This document shows positions 12,814 through 25,427 of a stretch of DNA of 64,000 nt, piece by piece. Position 1 is the stretch's first letter. Each line of letters begins with the position of its first letter. A model generated the notes under the pieces. That model was not told the origin of the DNA, did no database searches, and worked only from the letters and a program-made list of their open reading frames with translations. The position numbers and the translations under genes are program-made. Source of the stretch: Carcharhinus amblyrhynchos. Lineage: Eukaryota. Location of the stretch: contig OZ336873.1 in assembly GCA_965287045.1 (NCBI GenBank), positions 111,910,001 through 111,974,000 of the forward strand, in the 5' to 3' direction.

Positions 12814-13048
12814 CCGGGTTTGATTCCCAGCTTGGGTCACTATCTGTGTGGAGTTTGCACTTTCTCCCCGTGTCTGTGTGGGTTTCCTCCAGGTGCTCCA
12901 GTTTCCTCCCACAGTCTGAAAGATGTGCTGGTTAGGTGCATTGACCTGAACAGGTACCGGAGTGTGACAACTAGGGGAATTTCACAGTAACTTAACTGCA
13001 GTCTTAATGTAAACCTTCCTTATGAGTAATAAATAAGCTTTTACTTTA
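12814..13048 (+). mobile_element. HE1-like V-SINE, alternative tail, 5'-truncated
   Basis: V-domain followed by ACTAGGGGAATTTCACAGTAACTT..TAATAAATAA. Confidence 0.85.
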
Positions 13049-13174
13049 AGTTTATTTCGTGGGGTCGGAGGCAGAACTGAAGAATCCCAGGTTAACTCCC
13101 TGCTGACTGCATACCACAGTGTCACCGCCTCTGCTGCTCTGTCCTGTGCTGGAACAGGACATACCCAGGGATAG

Positions 13175-13714
13175 TAATACTGGTGTCTGGAGTAGAAGAA
13201 GGCCATTCAGCCCTTTGAGTGTGCTCCACCATTTGATAAGATCATAGCTGATGTGTTTCTGTTTCCTACCTACCCTCCCTGTAATCTTTGATTCTTTTGC
13301 CTTTCCGTGAATCTATCTACCTCCACTTTAAAAATATTCAATCCCCCACCTCCACTGCCTTCTGAGGCAGAGAATTTCAAAGTCACACAATGTTCTGAGG
13401 GAGGAAAGATTCTCATCTCTATCCTAAAAGCACGACTCCTAATTTTTAGAGAGTGTCCCCTAGCTCTGCACTCTCTCACAAGAGGAAACATTTTTCAATG
13501 TCCGCCTTGCCAAGAGCATTCAGGATCTTAGATAGTTTAACCTAGTCACCCCTCACTTTCTTAAACTCCAAAGGAAACAAATCCAGTCTGTCTTCATAAG
13601 ACAATCTGCTCATTCCAGATATGAATCTCGTAAACCTCCTCTGAACTGTTTTCAATGTATTTAAAACCTCCCTTAAATGAGGTAATTGAAGCTGTACACA
13701 ATATTCGAGATGTG
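13175..13714 (-). mobile_element. CR1 LINE 3' fragment
   Basis: Minus ORF MFPLVRECRARGHSLKIRSRAFRIEMR plus CR1 3' UTR. Confidence 0.85.
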
Positions 13715-14912
13715 GCATGGAACTTCATGGCCAGGATCTGCTGATGCCAACTCTTGCCTCAGGTTTCTCGACAGTGAGGAGTGCATTCAAACACACTTTG
13801 GGCCCCTGATATCAATGAAGGAGATAATTAATAGGCTGTACATGCCACATTTTTGATTCTAATACTTACGTAATTTTATGCTTATTTGGTCAGTGTATCT
13901 TCAAAATACCATCAAGAAACCCCCCAAAAAATCTATTCATTAATTAAGGTTGTTCTATAAATATTTCATCATTGTCCTCACATCAGGTCTATGACTGAAA
14001 AATACTTATTAATTCATAGTAGCTGCAAATTTGTTACTAGGATTGCTTCACTGACTCATACTGATTCAATACAGAATCCCAAAAATAACAACCAATGCCT
14101 GTTTGTTCTTATTACAGAAAATATTGTTGCTGGAAAAATCTGAGATGCTCAGATGTTAAGAATGAAGCATTACTTCCATCAACACCAACTTAAAAGTCAA
14201 GTATGGCTCCATTTATCACTGCCAAAATAACAATCAGACACAAGAGGCACAGTAGATTGCCACAAGTTGAACAAGGTCACAAAACAGTTAAAAGGTGAAG
14301 GGAAGCTTTCCTTCACCTAAGCTGATCCATTTTGAATAAAGAAAAGCTTAGTCTCCCATCATCAAATCATCTGCCACTAAAACGACTCAAAGGGTTTCAC
14401 CTCCATTACCATTTGTTGATTGCTTTTTTCATGAAAAGGTTCTCCCTGATATCCATCCTAAACTTCCCTTTCATCAGTTTTGACCGATGCCCTCGGTGTT
14501 CTGGTATCCTAAGAAACCTGAAAAAAAAATTTGTAAAATCTTATTCTGTCATATTTATAGAACAACTAAGTAATTATTTCTAAATCAATTGGCGAATCAG
14601 AGTTCCAAATTAATTTTATCTACATTATTTCAAAGTGTTCAGCATGGCTTTCTGACAGCGTAATCTTCTGAGTCAGAAGATTATGCATTAAAGCTCTACT
14701 CTGCACACGGAGATGAGAGCTCTGGTCTACGGATTCTGGGTAGAAGTGCAACAGGATACTCCATTGTGTCTACTTGGCTCTCTTGGTACAGATTTGAGAA
14801 TCAAGCTAATAACTAGCCACATAAAACAAAGATTTTTGGTGCAATACTAGTCTGATGGCATCTTCCAAGCTAAATGGCCTCATTTGATGGCATGGCAAAG
14901 CTCAAGTCAACA

Positions 14913-15928
14913 GGCCAGAATCTGACATTGTGGATGAAGTTTCATCAGCTCATCCTTACCATCAATGGGCGGAGTGAGGCAGTAAAATTGTGCAAGAGCT
15001 GAGAAATCAGGATCGCGCCCTACTCTTAGGATTTTATGACAGCTGGATTCTGGCAAAGTCAGCCTCACATTGGAAGTGGCTGAGAGATTGAATAATTTAT
15101 CTAAATATAATGAAATTTTGATTTGCATGTGTTTAGTGAGTTTGGCACGCAATCGTCCAGGTTCACTTGTCACTATAGGCTCGCCAGGAAAGGCTCTCTC
15201 CGGCAAGGAAAACACCTGCTCCCCACAAATGGGGAACAGTCCTGTTGGCTTCACTGGTAGAACTGGAAGCCATTGAGGCCCCTCGGAGAGGCTGAGAGCA
15301 AGGCAGAGTGCCCCTTGGGCAGAGCCAGCCTGGCACCTGGGCAATGCGCAGTGGAGACCTTGACACTGCCCACGTGGCAGTGCCAGGGGAGGGGCCTATG
15401 GGCCAGGTCCTATCAGGGCAGAGCCTATGGGGGGGCCAGGCTTGAAGGGGCATGGCCCGATTGGGGAGAGGGGAGGTCGGCCCACAGCCACTCTGCAGTT
15501 GTGATCAGACCGGGGAGAGGGTCCCAATCGGCCTGGGTGGCAGTTTGGGTGGCAGGGGCTAGATGTCCATACATTGTGGGGTTCACGATTGTCTGCAGGC
15601 CCCAGCAATTGTAGGGAGGGGTAACTAGTCATGACTGCCTACAGTGGTAGGAGCCTGACAGCGCTCCCTCACTATATGTCAGACCCCTGCAGTTGCTATT
15701 GACATGTGCAGAATCAGAGGTTTTCACGTGCCTAGTAGCTCCCTCTCAGGCTGGTTGGCAAATTAAGCCCAGCCCACTGCCTGCAGCAGCTGCAAACAGT
15801 CTACACCATTTTTCAATGACTAAGCACATGAGATTGAGCATGAAAACTCACTGAAAAGAAACAGTTCAGGAACTTGCCCATCTTTATGCTAACTGGACAC
15901 TTAGAATCAATCTCGTAAAACTGTGCCC
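14913..15928. mobile_element. Non-autonomous DNA transposon, about 1 kb, GC-rich interior
   Basis: Imperfect termini GGCCAGAATCT / GTAAAACTGTGCCC. Interior motifs (GGCAGTGCCAGGG, ATGAAATTTTGATTTGCAT) resemble 52760-53250 and 53618-54747. Confidence 0.5.
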
Positions 15929-16029
15929 TGCATCTTTTGATGTGATTTCATTTGAATTGATCTGATTTATTGTCATATGTGATTGAAATGGGATGAAGGT
16001 GGAGGAAAGAGTTCATGGTCTGAGGTTGT

Positions 16030-16402
16030 GACAGACTCTCATTCGTATCTAACCCATCTCCCATGCCTCTGCTCTCACCCTGTTCCCCCCCCTCCAAGAA
16101 CCAGCATAGGGTCCACCTTGTCCTCTCTTTCACCCCACCAGCCTCTGCAAAGGATCATCCTCCGCCATTTCCTCAACTCCAGCATAATCCCACCACCAAA
16201 TGTATCATCCTCACACTCCCCTGTCTGCATACCACATGGACCATTCCCTCGGGGATACCCTAGTTCACTTCTCCATCACACCCAACACCTCACCCACTGC
16301 CCAAGGCACCTTCCCATGCAATCACAGAAGGTGCAACATCTGCCACTTTACCTCCTCCCTGCTCACAACCCAAGGACCCAAACACTCTTTTTGGGTGAAG
16401 TC
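16030..16402 (+). mobile_element. Penelope-like element ORF fragment (linker before the GIY-YIG endonuclease)
   Basis: PPSKNQHRVHLVLSF.., LQRIILRHF, DHSLGDTLVH..GTFPCNHRRCNICHFTSSLLTTQGPKHSF: PLE zinc-knuckle-like linker. Confidence 0.8.
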
Positions 16403-16425
16403 CAATTAGGCACTTTATAGCTTTA

Positions 16426-16651
16426 ATAGAATTATAGAATCCCTACAGTGTAGAAGGAGGCCATTCAGCCCATCATGCCTACATCAACAATATTCCCATG
16501 CAGGCTCTATCCCCTTAGCCCCAAGTAATTAAGCTGCTAATTCCCCTAACACTAAGAGGCAATTAAGCACAGCCAATCCATCTAATCCACACATGTTTGG
16601 AATCTTGGAGGAAATCGGAGCATCCGGAAAAAACCCATGCAGACACAGGGA
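16426..16651 (-). mobile_element. HE1 SINE 3' part (a matching head fragment lies at 17508-17607)
   Basis: Reverse CR1-type tail ATAGAATCCCTACAGTGTAGAAGGAGGCCATT plus V-domain. The Rex1 copy at 16652-17508 sits between the two SINE parts. Confidence 0.8.
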
Positions 16652-17508
16652 TGTCAGATGTCAGAGAAGCTTTCTCAAAAGTCAATCCACGGAAATTGAC
16701 TGGCCTGGATGGTTTTAAATGGATCAGCTGGTGGGGGTATTCACAGACACCTTCAATCTCTCTTTACAACAATCTGAGGTTCCTATCTGCTTCAAGAAGA
16801 CAATCATCATTCTGGTACCTAAGAAAAGCCAAGCAACGTGCCTTAATGACTATTGTCCAGTGGCTCTGACATCCATCATTATGAAGTGCTTCGAAAGGCT
16901 AGTCATAGCACAAATCAATTCCAGCCTCCCGGACTGCCGGGATCCACTACAGTTTGCCTATTGCCACAACAGGTCCACAGCAGACACCATTTCCCTGGAC
17001 CTGCACTCAATCCTAGAACACCTCGATAACACACACCTATGTCAGACTCCTATTTATTGACTATAGCTCGGCCTTCAACACCATTATTCGTCTGAAACTC
17101 ATCTCCAAACTCTGTGGCCAGATCTCAGCTCCTCCCTCTGCGACTGGATGCTGAATTCCGAACCGACAGACCACAATCAGTAAGAATAGGCAACAACACT
17201 TCCACCATGATCATCCTCAACACCGCTGCCCCACAAGGCTGTGTTCTCAGCCACCTTATACTCCTTATACATCTATGACTGTGTGGCTAAATTCCACTCC
17301 AATTTGGTTTTCACGTTTGCCGATGATATCACTGTAATGGGTAGGATCTCAAACAACGACGAGACAAAGTACAGGGATGAGATAGAGAACCTGGTGAACT
17401 GGTGCCATAACAATAATCTCTCCTTCAATGTCAGCAAAATGAAGGAGATTGTCATTTTTTTTTACTTTATGCTAATACATGTGACATTAACAAATCAAAT
17501 CAAATCAA
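16652..17508 (+). mobile_element. Rex1/Babar LINE RT fragment with (CAAAT)n tail
   Basis: [80 protein letters not shown]; tail TACATGTGACATTAACAAATCAAATCAAATC. Confidence 0.92.
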
Positions 17509-17609
17509 ACATGCAAACTCCACACAGACAATCACCCCAAGGCCAAAATTGAACCTGGGTCTGTGGCACTGAGAAGCAGTAGTGCTAACCACTGCATCAC
17601 CATGCTGCT

Positions 17610-18015
17610 CTTCTGGACTTAACACTGAGTTCAACAAATTCAGAGCATGAACTCGTTCCACCATTTCTATCCACATTTTTTTCTTTTTTTGTTTCTTCCT
17701 TTGATCCATTTTTCAATTTCTCCCTTTTATTTAATCCTGATTTCCATCTATTTTCCCCTTACCAACTTTTCCCTTCCCCTCACTCCAGCCCACTGAGGAC
17801 TATCTGTTACCTGTTTCAGGTTGGTCTTTGTCATCCTGCTTTGTTCCACCATTTACACATTCTGGCCTCTTGATAGCTACCATCTGCACCCTTCTTAGGC
17901 ATGATCACCATCATTAACATTCTCTTTGTCTTTTTGTCCATTATATCTTTGTCAATCTCTCCACAGATGCTGTCAGGCCTGCTGAGATTTTCCAGCATTT
18001 TCTGTTTTACTTGGA
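17610..18015 (+). mobile_element. Penelope-like element 3' (pLTR-like) fragment
   Basis: Pyrimidine-rich body ending CTCTCCACAGATGCTGTCAGGCCTGCTGAGATTTTCCAGCATTTTCTG, the same end as 39790-40218. Confidence 0.65.
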
Positions 18016-18049
18016 GCAGACTAATTATGCTCATTTTGCATATAGTTCG

Positions 18050-18517
18050 GGAACTACAGCTTAGCCTTCAACACCATTATTCCCACAAAACACATCTCCA
18101 AACTCTGTGGCCTGGACCTCGGTACTTCCCTCTGCGACTGGATCCTGAACTTCCTAACTCACAGACCACAATCAGTAAGGATAGACAACAACACCTCCTC
18201 CACGATAATCCTCAACATGGCTGCCCCACAAGGCTTTATTCTCAGCTCCCTACTATACTCCTTGTACATCAATGACTGTGCGGCCAAATTCCCCTCCAAT
18301 TTGATTTTCAAGTTTGCTGATGACACCAGTATAGTGGCTCGGATTTCAAACAGTGATGAGACAAGAGTACAGGAATGAGATAGAGAGTCTGGTGAACTGG
18401 TATGACAATAATAACCTCTCCCTCAATGTAAACGAAACAAAGGAGATTGTCATCGAATTCAGGAAGCATAAAGGGGAACATGCCCCTGTCAACATCAATG
18501 AAGACAAAGTAGAAAGT
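18050..18517 (+). mobile_element. Rex1/Babar LINE RT fragment
   Basis: Colinear with 17060-17455; KFADDT..ISN..EYRNEIESLVNWYDNNNLSLNVNETKEIVIEFRK. Confidence 0.9.
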
Positions 18518-18521
18518 GGCC

Positions 18522-19414
18522 TGATGAAGGTTATCTTCAATTGCAGTGGGATCTTGATCAATTGGGCCAGTGGGCTGACGAATGGCAGATGGAGTTTAAT
18601 TTAGACAAATGTGAGGTAATGCATTTTGGTAGTCTGAACCAGAGCAGGACTTACTCAGTTAATGGTAGGGCGTTGGGGAGAGTTACAGAACAACGTGATC
18701 TAGGGGTACATGTTCATAGCTTCTTGAAAGTGGAGTCACAGGTGGACAGACTGGTGAAGAAGACATTTGGCATGCGTGGTTTCATTGGTCAGAACATTGA
18801 ATACAGGAGTTGGGACGTCTTGTTGAAGTTGTACAAGACATTGTTAAGGCCATACTTGGAATAATGCATGCAATTCTGGTCACCCTATTACAGAATGGAT
18901 ATTATTAAACTAGAACGAGTTCAGAAAACATTTACTAGGATGCTGCTGGGACTTGGAGGATTGAGTTATAAGGAGAGGCTGAATAGACTGGGACATTTTT
19001 CTCTGGAGTATAAGAGGCTGAGGGGTGATCTTATAGAGATCTATAAAATAATGAGAGGCATAGACAAGGTAGATAGTCAATATCTTTTCCCAAAGGTAGG
19101 GGAATCTAAAACTAGAAGCCATAGGTTTAAGGTGAGAGGGAAGAGATATAAAAGTGTCCAGAGGGGCAATTTTTTCACACAGCGGGTGGTGAGTGGCTAG
19201 AACAAGCTGCCAGAGGTAGTAGTAGAGGCAGGTACAATTTTATCTTTTAAAAAGCATTTAGATAGTTAAATGGGTACAATGAGTATAGAGGGATATGGGC
19301 CAAAGGCGGGCATTTGGGATTAGCTTAGGGGTCTTTAAGAAAAAGGGCTGCTTGGACAAGTTGGGCCGAAGGGTCTATTTCCATGTTATAAACCTCGATG
19401 ACTCTATGACTCTA
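18522..19414 (+). mobile_element. CR1 LINE 3' portion
   Basis: DLDQLGQWADEWQMEFNLDKCEVMHFG..LERVQKTFTRML..RLRGDLIEIYKIMRG; tail ATGACTCTATGACTCTA. Confidence 0.95.
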
Positions 19415-19601
19415 AGTCAATGACAATCTCCTTCATTTTATTGACATTAAGGGAGAAATTATTGTTGCTGCACCAGTTCACCAGATTCTCTATATCTCAT
19501 TCCTGTATTCTGTCTCCTCATTGTTTGAGATCTGACCTACTACGGTGGTGTCGTCAGCAAATTTGAAAATTGAACTGGAGGAGAATTTGGCTCACAGTCA
19601 T
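19415..19601 (-). mobile_element. Rex1/Babar RT fragment, inverted
   Basis: Reverse complement aligns to 18272-18455 (KFADDTTVVGQISNNEETEYRNE). Confidence 0.88.
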
Positions 19602-19646
19602 CCCACAGATTCAGAGGAGGGTGTCCTGCAGAGAGTGGCACAACTT

Positions 19647-19779
19647 AGGTGATTCACCTGATGAAAGAGCAGCATCCTGAAAGCTCAGGATACCAAATAA
19701 TCCTGTTGGGCTTTAACCTGGTGTTGTGAAACTTCTTACTGTGCCCACCCCAGTCCAATGCCAGTATTGCCACATCATG
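19647..19779 (+). mobile_element. Penelope-derived short element (single arm) with a degenerate hammerhead core
   Basis: AGGTGATTCACCTGATGAAAGAGCAGCATCCTGAAAGCTC..CTTTAACCTGGTGTTGTGAAACTTCTTACTGTGCCCACCCCAGTCCAA; same family as 57022-57236. Confidence 0.8.
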
Positions 19780-19856
19780 ACAATTAGAAATGTAGTGACA
19801 GGGAGCCTGCAGGTAGATGGTCAAAGAATTATAAATATTTCTCAGACAGATATACT

Positions 19857-19969
19857 GGAAGGGATTTTACAGCCTATGTCCCAAAATAAAAATCCTGCCC
19901 GAGGTCAATGGACCTTCCCATTGTCCACATCTCACTTGCTCTGATTCTTGTGGCAGTAAAATTCCAGCC
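19857..19969. mobile_element. Small MITE (113 bp) with 3-bp TSD ACT
   Basis: Termini GGAAGGGATTTTAC / GTAAAATTCCAGCC, ACT on both flanks, core CCCGAGGTCAATGGA shared with 21859-21975. Confidence 0.75.
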
Positions 19970-20031
19970 ACTGTTCCTATTTTATCAGTAAATGAAGTTG
20001 AGAAGACTTGAATACAGTGATGTCAAAACTG

Positions 20032-22347
20032 TGTAACAATCTCAGCTGACGTTACTACTGGACAAGTCAGATTCCAGAGTGAAACCTGGCTCACTGGATT
20101 CTAACTTTTATCTTCTCTTTGAAACCATTGAGGTAAGATACTGAACAAATTCATAGGAGTCTTCTCATGAACTTTTAATATAAAGAATAAAACATTTATT
20201 CAACATGAAAAATGCACTACATTATATTCGACAAAACAGTTGCAAAGATTTCAATACAAACATGAGTAAGTGATTCCAATCACACTATTCTTCCACCTTG
20301 CGAGATACAGACAAAGTTGTAAAGACATACAACTGACTATATCCATCCTGTACTCAGGTTAAGTGTGTAAATTAATATGTGGTGTGGTTGGAAACACCAT
20401 ACCCCAAAACAAAAGGAAAATATCACCAAACCTGGATTTCTCATCAACCACCCAATCTCTCCATCCAGCCCCATTCCCAATGCTTGTTTCACTGTAAGCC
20501 AACTAATCTCACTGAAACCCTGCCTTTTTCACAAGGGTTTCCAATCTCCATGTTCAAAGCACACTTACCTTGGAATTCTCTCCCAAATATTGCTTTCATT
20601 CGAATGCCTTCAACAAGGATCTACCTCCAGGATTTCATTTTTGTCTTCCTTTCCTTGGACCTCCATGTACACTCAAGGTTCACCTTTCAAGCAGATCTTC
20701 ACGCATTTTGCCGTGACAAGCAGAACACCACTTCAATCTTCTGGCTTCTCTTAAGCCGCTTTGCTTCAAGTCTGCTTCCTTCTCACAACTTTATTCAACA
20801 GAATCTATTTCTGATCTCTGTTCTTGTCCTTTACCTAGGGCTGTCTCTGGCATCTACTTCTGATCCTTTCGTATGTACAATTATCACAGGATATCCAAAT
20901 GACCAATCTCTCAGAGGACCCCATTCCTTCTAAGGGTGCATGTCACAGGGCATTACAGCTCTGTTTGAGCCCCCCTTCCCTCCAGCAGTTTCATCTTTTG
21001 AAGATTGGGGTGCCATCTTTAAACACTGCCCCAGTGCATATAAGTTAACAAGGAACCACCACCCATGTGCCCCATGCATATCCCCACATAACTATGCTTT
21101 GGCACTGGCTGTGCACTGACCCCTGGCTATGGGGAAATATCTGAATAGTGCCAAGGGTCATGGCTGAGTAGTGTCAAGCATGACGCTCTCCCTCTAAGTG
21201 ATGCACTCACCTGAACTTCTCTGGCAGGTTTGTCCGCCAGGTACACATCTCTGGCGACCAGTTATGATTCTCATCAATGTGAATGGACTTTTTTTATGGG
21301 GAGCGGTTGATTCAGGTGTAGAGGCCTGATAATGAAATGTAAATATATGGAAATTATGCTGAACACTTGGAATCCCATTCCATCGCTGGCGAGTGGCAGG
21401 GCCAATAGTGTCACATTGTTACATCAATGCAATTTGGACATCTCGCGAGATTTTCCCCCAACACTGATCCCACCTGATGATAATAGGAGTGGAAAATCCA
21501 CCGTCCCCTCTCTCCACTGCATCAGGTAACTGTACTTTGCTGGAGACAAGTTCCTTCCTTTAATTCTATGATCGGTCTCCCAGATATCAATGGGTTTTCT
21601 ATGGTTCCTTCTAATAGATGGTTATTATCCCTTAGCTTGGATTTTTATAACATAGAGACAAGACTCTTCTTATAAGAGAGATTGAGGGAGACTGCTGCCT
21701 TCAACAGGTTTTCTAGACAACTTTCATGACTTCTCTCTGTGTCTGGCTTGACAAAACCAGTTCTTAAAAGCACTCTATCTGTACATTCCCAAGTAACAAT
21801 TGGATTAACATGTTGTGCAGTCATTTTTATAGAACAGGTAATTGCATTTTGATCCCTCGAGCGGGATTTTACAACCTTGCTTGTCCCAAAACTGTAAAAT
21901 CCCACCCGAGGTCAATGGATCCACCCCCTCTCCTGCCCAGATTCCCGTGGCGAGCTGGGTGGTAAGATTCTGGCCTTCATCTCAATAGCATTTGACACAT
22001 TTCACGACAGTTGAAACTAACAGGCGATGGGGTTTTTTCATCCTCCACAGGGTCGTTTGAGTATCTGTCGGTGTATCTGGCTGGTTAGCAATTCCTATTG
22101 TCTTTACAATTGATTAAAATTTAGCACTTTGCTGATGCCTGTAAGTTGCTTTTGAATTGGTTCTCTCTTCACAATTTCTTTTGGAGGGAGGTCTTGTTTG
22201 CTTTTGTTCCTGTTTGCTTTTTTCACCTTCATCTTGAGAGGTGGCCTTATCTTTTAAAGCAGTTTGCTATGTCATTTATAACTGAGATTTGAACATACCA
22301 CGATTGAAAATCATTATTTTCAAAAGTAAAGAGGCATTTTCATGTCA
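20032..22347. mobile_element. Possible long LTR-like repeat with nested insertions
   Basis: Begins TGTAAC.. and ends ..TTTTCATGTCA, with an AATAAA/TTTATT block near 20186-20200 and no coding capacity. No TSD seen; call is by resemblance only. Confidence 0.35.
21859..21975. mobile_element. Small MITE, same family as 19857-19969
   Basis: GAGCGGGATTTTAC..GTAAGATTCTGGCC; flanks CTC/TTC. Confidence 0.7.
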
Positions 22348-22510
22348 GTGTGCAAGTCACAGCGCTCAAGGATAATTTTAAAGATCCCCACTGATAAGTA
22401 CTGAGGTCACCTCCAGCCCTATCTAGACACCTGAACCTCATCTTCAACATCCTTATGGCTTCCTGATGGCCATATGATTCTCTGTTGTAATGTTTTGCAC
22501 CTCATTTAAG

Positions 22511-22933
22511 GAGAGAGGGTAGCATACAGGTATTGTCACTGGATTAGTATTGCAATAATGTATCATTACTAAAGACCCAGGGTAATTTACTGGAGACCTG
22601 GGTTTGAATCCCACCATTGCAGATGGCAAAATCTGAGCTCAATTAAAGACTGAATTTATAAGTCTAATGATGATCGTGATGCTAAAAGAACATTAAACTA
22701 TTGCCAATTGTCATTAAAATCCATCTGGTTCGCTAATGTCTTTTAAGGAAGGAAATCTGTCGTCTTTACCTGGTCTTTTCTATATATGGTTCCAGATCCA
22801 CAGAAATGTGGTTCCCTCTTCAATGACCCCTGAAATGGCTGAACAAGCCACTGAGTTTAAGGGCCATTAGGGATGGGCAATAAATGCTGGCCCTGCCAGC
22901 GACACCCACATCCCATGGGTTAATTTTAAAAAA
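22511..22933 (+). mobile_element. tRNA-derived SINE 'family B' sharing its 3' tail with LINE family B
   Basis: Head GGTATTGTCACTGGA..GGGTTTGAATCCCACC, core CATCTGGTTCGCTAATGTCTTTTAAGGAAGGAAATCTG, tail GGGCAATAAATGCTGGCCCTGCCAGCGACACCCACATCCC. Confidence 0.85.
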
Positions 22934-22949
22934 TGCTCCCCATAGGTAT

Positions 22950-23270
22950 CATGAGCCATGTTTTAGGTGGGTGGCCTAAATGTCCATTAGTTACTCCTGA
23001 AATCGGTGTCCCAGAATGAAGAAATGTTGGAAAGCTGCATCATGACTGCACCACAACCCAGGGATGAGTGGTGCCTGAACCTTAATGTTGCATACCAGCT
23101 ATGCATTGATGGAACAATATCCCATTGCAATTTAGAAAATCTCCTGGTTTCTTTGATGGTGTCAGATTGCCGTGCATGGACATTGCTAATCAGCAAAGTT
23201 CATCTCTTTGTTACAGATGCAACACGGAGCTTGATTTGCAGGATGTATCTGTCCATTCAGTATGAACTAC
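22950..23270 (-). mobile_element. Possible LINE AP-endonuclease remnant
   Basis: Minus reading MDRYILQIKLRVASV..TLLISNVHARQS..F..LQ..IAG loosely fits the 'NVYAP...IAGDFN' endonuclease pattern. Confidence 0.35.
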
Positions 23271-25142
23271 TGGCCATGGATGTCATTATCGTATGCCATT
23301 GAGATGAGGGAGCACCAATATGTTCTCCAACCGCAATTCAGTTTCCACTTAGTGCCTTTGATTATTTCTGACTGACTTTTGTTAAAAGGTCTAATGGCAT
23401 AATGTTATGTTGGTATCTTTTTCTATATTAAAATAATCTCGGATGAAATGACGCCAAAACTGGAAACATTTTCGGGCACATTATGATAATGTATTTCCTG
23501 ATAAATGTGCATAATTCTTCATCAATATAGCTGCTACTCTTATAGAAGACAGCTCTGTATCATTAAAGCTTTTATAACAGTAATAGAAAACACTCAAAAA
23601 TAATCACACAGCATAACACATATAGATGAATTGTTATGTATTCAGTGTAGCTCTCTTTCTGGCATGTGGATTAGATTTACATCAAAAATAATTTATTGGC
23701 ACTGCAGCCCACTATGTTGCAACAATAATTTTATTAAAGAATTGCTTACACTTTCAGGGAAATACTTTTCTTAAATGATGACCATTTTGAGGAAACTGAA
23801 AACCAATTATGCTCACCAAGATAAAGATCAGGACCAGGCAGGCTATGTTTCATATTGGGTAGACAAATGAACATGCATCAGTTAGAATGATTATTTTATG
23901 GTAAATAGACTCTGTATTATTGCATCACTTCACTTATTTAATTTATAAAAAGCCCTGAAAAGACAAGCTCCATGTTCCATGGTCTTGAAAGGATTTGTTT
24001 TTCATTACAAATTCTAGAGCCTGAAATGATCAATTAATTTATGTAATATTGTTTCCAGTTGTAGAAGTCTGTGGTTATTTTGCTTCATATTTCATTGGTA
24101 CTAGTGCAATGGGCTGCAGCCCACCATTAACTCCACAACAAGCTCAGTGACAAAAGAGAGAAGTTTATTATCACAGCAGAGAGAATGAGGGCTACACATC
24201 TGCACCCAAGTACATGTGTAACCTCAGTGCCAACAATGTTTACGGCTTGAAAAAAAATCGAGGAATTATGGGTGTTAAGAGAGATACACATGTAACCACA
24301 ATGTACCCCATAACCCTTTATTATTGCTGTCCATTCGTCAAACTGTACTCTTCCACTACATCTATAACATTGGTTTCTACCTCACTAAGGAGAAAATTGT
24401 CCAACTATGTCCTGTCCACAAAATGGATGAATTAACTCCAGCCAATTGCTGCCCCCTCAGTCTATCCTCCAGCATCAGCAGAAGAAGCCATTAGCAGCGC
24501 CATCAAGCAGCACAAACTCATCAATAACCATTTTTCCCACTCCTCTGGCCCCGAAAGGGCCTTTTGATTCCACACCTCATTATAGCCTTGCTTCAAAGTT
24601 GGATAAGAAAGCTAAATTCCAGAAGTAAGGTGAAAGAGACTGCCCTTGACGATGAGTCAGCGTTTGACCTTATGTGGCATCAAGCAGCCCAAGTAAAATA
24701 AAGTCAAAAGAAATTAGGAGGCAAACTCACCACTGGCTGGAGTCATACCTAGCACAATGGAAGATGGTTGTGTTTGTTGGAAGCCTATCATACCAGCTCC
24801 AAGACATTACAACCGGAATTCCTCAGGATAGTATCCAGATCCAACTAGCTAAAGCTTCATTTGTGAACTTCCCTGAATCATAAGGTCAGAAGTGGAAGTA
24901 TTCAGTGTTTGCGCAGTGCTTAATTCCATTTTCAACTCCTTACATAATGAGGCAGCCCTTGATTAAAGAGCTAGTTCAGACACAATGGGCCAATTAGTTG
25001 CCTACTGCACCATAAAATTTTGAAAATTCAAATCTGTACGTCAAAAGAACTGGACAACAATCAGGCTTGGGTTGATAGGTGGAAAGTAACATTCATGTCA
25101 CAAAAGTGCCAGGAAATGACTATTGATAACAAGAGAAAGTAT

Positions 25143-25427
25143 AAGTTTATTTTATTTAGTGTCACAAGTAGGCTTCCATTAGAACTGCACTGAAGTTACT
25201 GTGAAAATTCCTCAGTCACCACAGTTTGGTTACACTGAGGGAGAATTCAGCATGGCCCATGTATCGAAACAGCATGTATTTCGGACTGTGGGAAGAAGCT
25301 GGAGCACCTGGTGGAAACCCACACAGACAGGGGGAGAACATGCAGACTGTGACCCAAACTGGGAATCGAACTTGTATCCCTCATGCTGTGAGACAGCAGT
25401 GCTAACCATTGTGCCACCGTACCACCC
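25143..25427 (-). mobile_element. HE1-like V-SINE, alternative tail
   Basis: Reverse of head, V-domain and CAGTAACTTCAGTGCAG..CTACTTGTGACACTAAATAAA. Confidence 0.88.

Noticed and set aside
20377-20933. Overlapping 125-aa and 184-aa ORFs
   Set aside because: Low-complexity S/F/L-rich translations of a pyrimidine-rich, LTR-like repeat; no recognisable domain.
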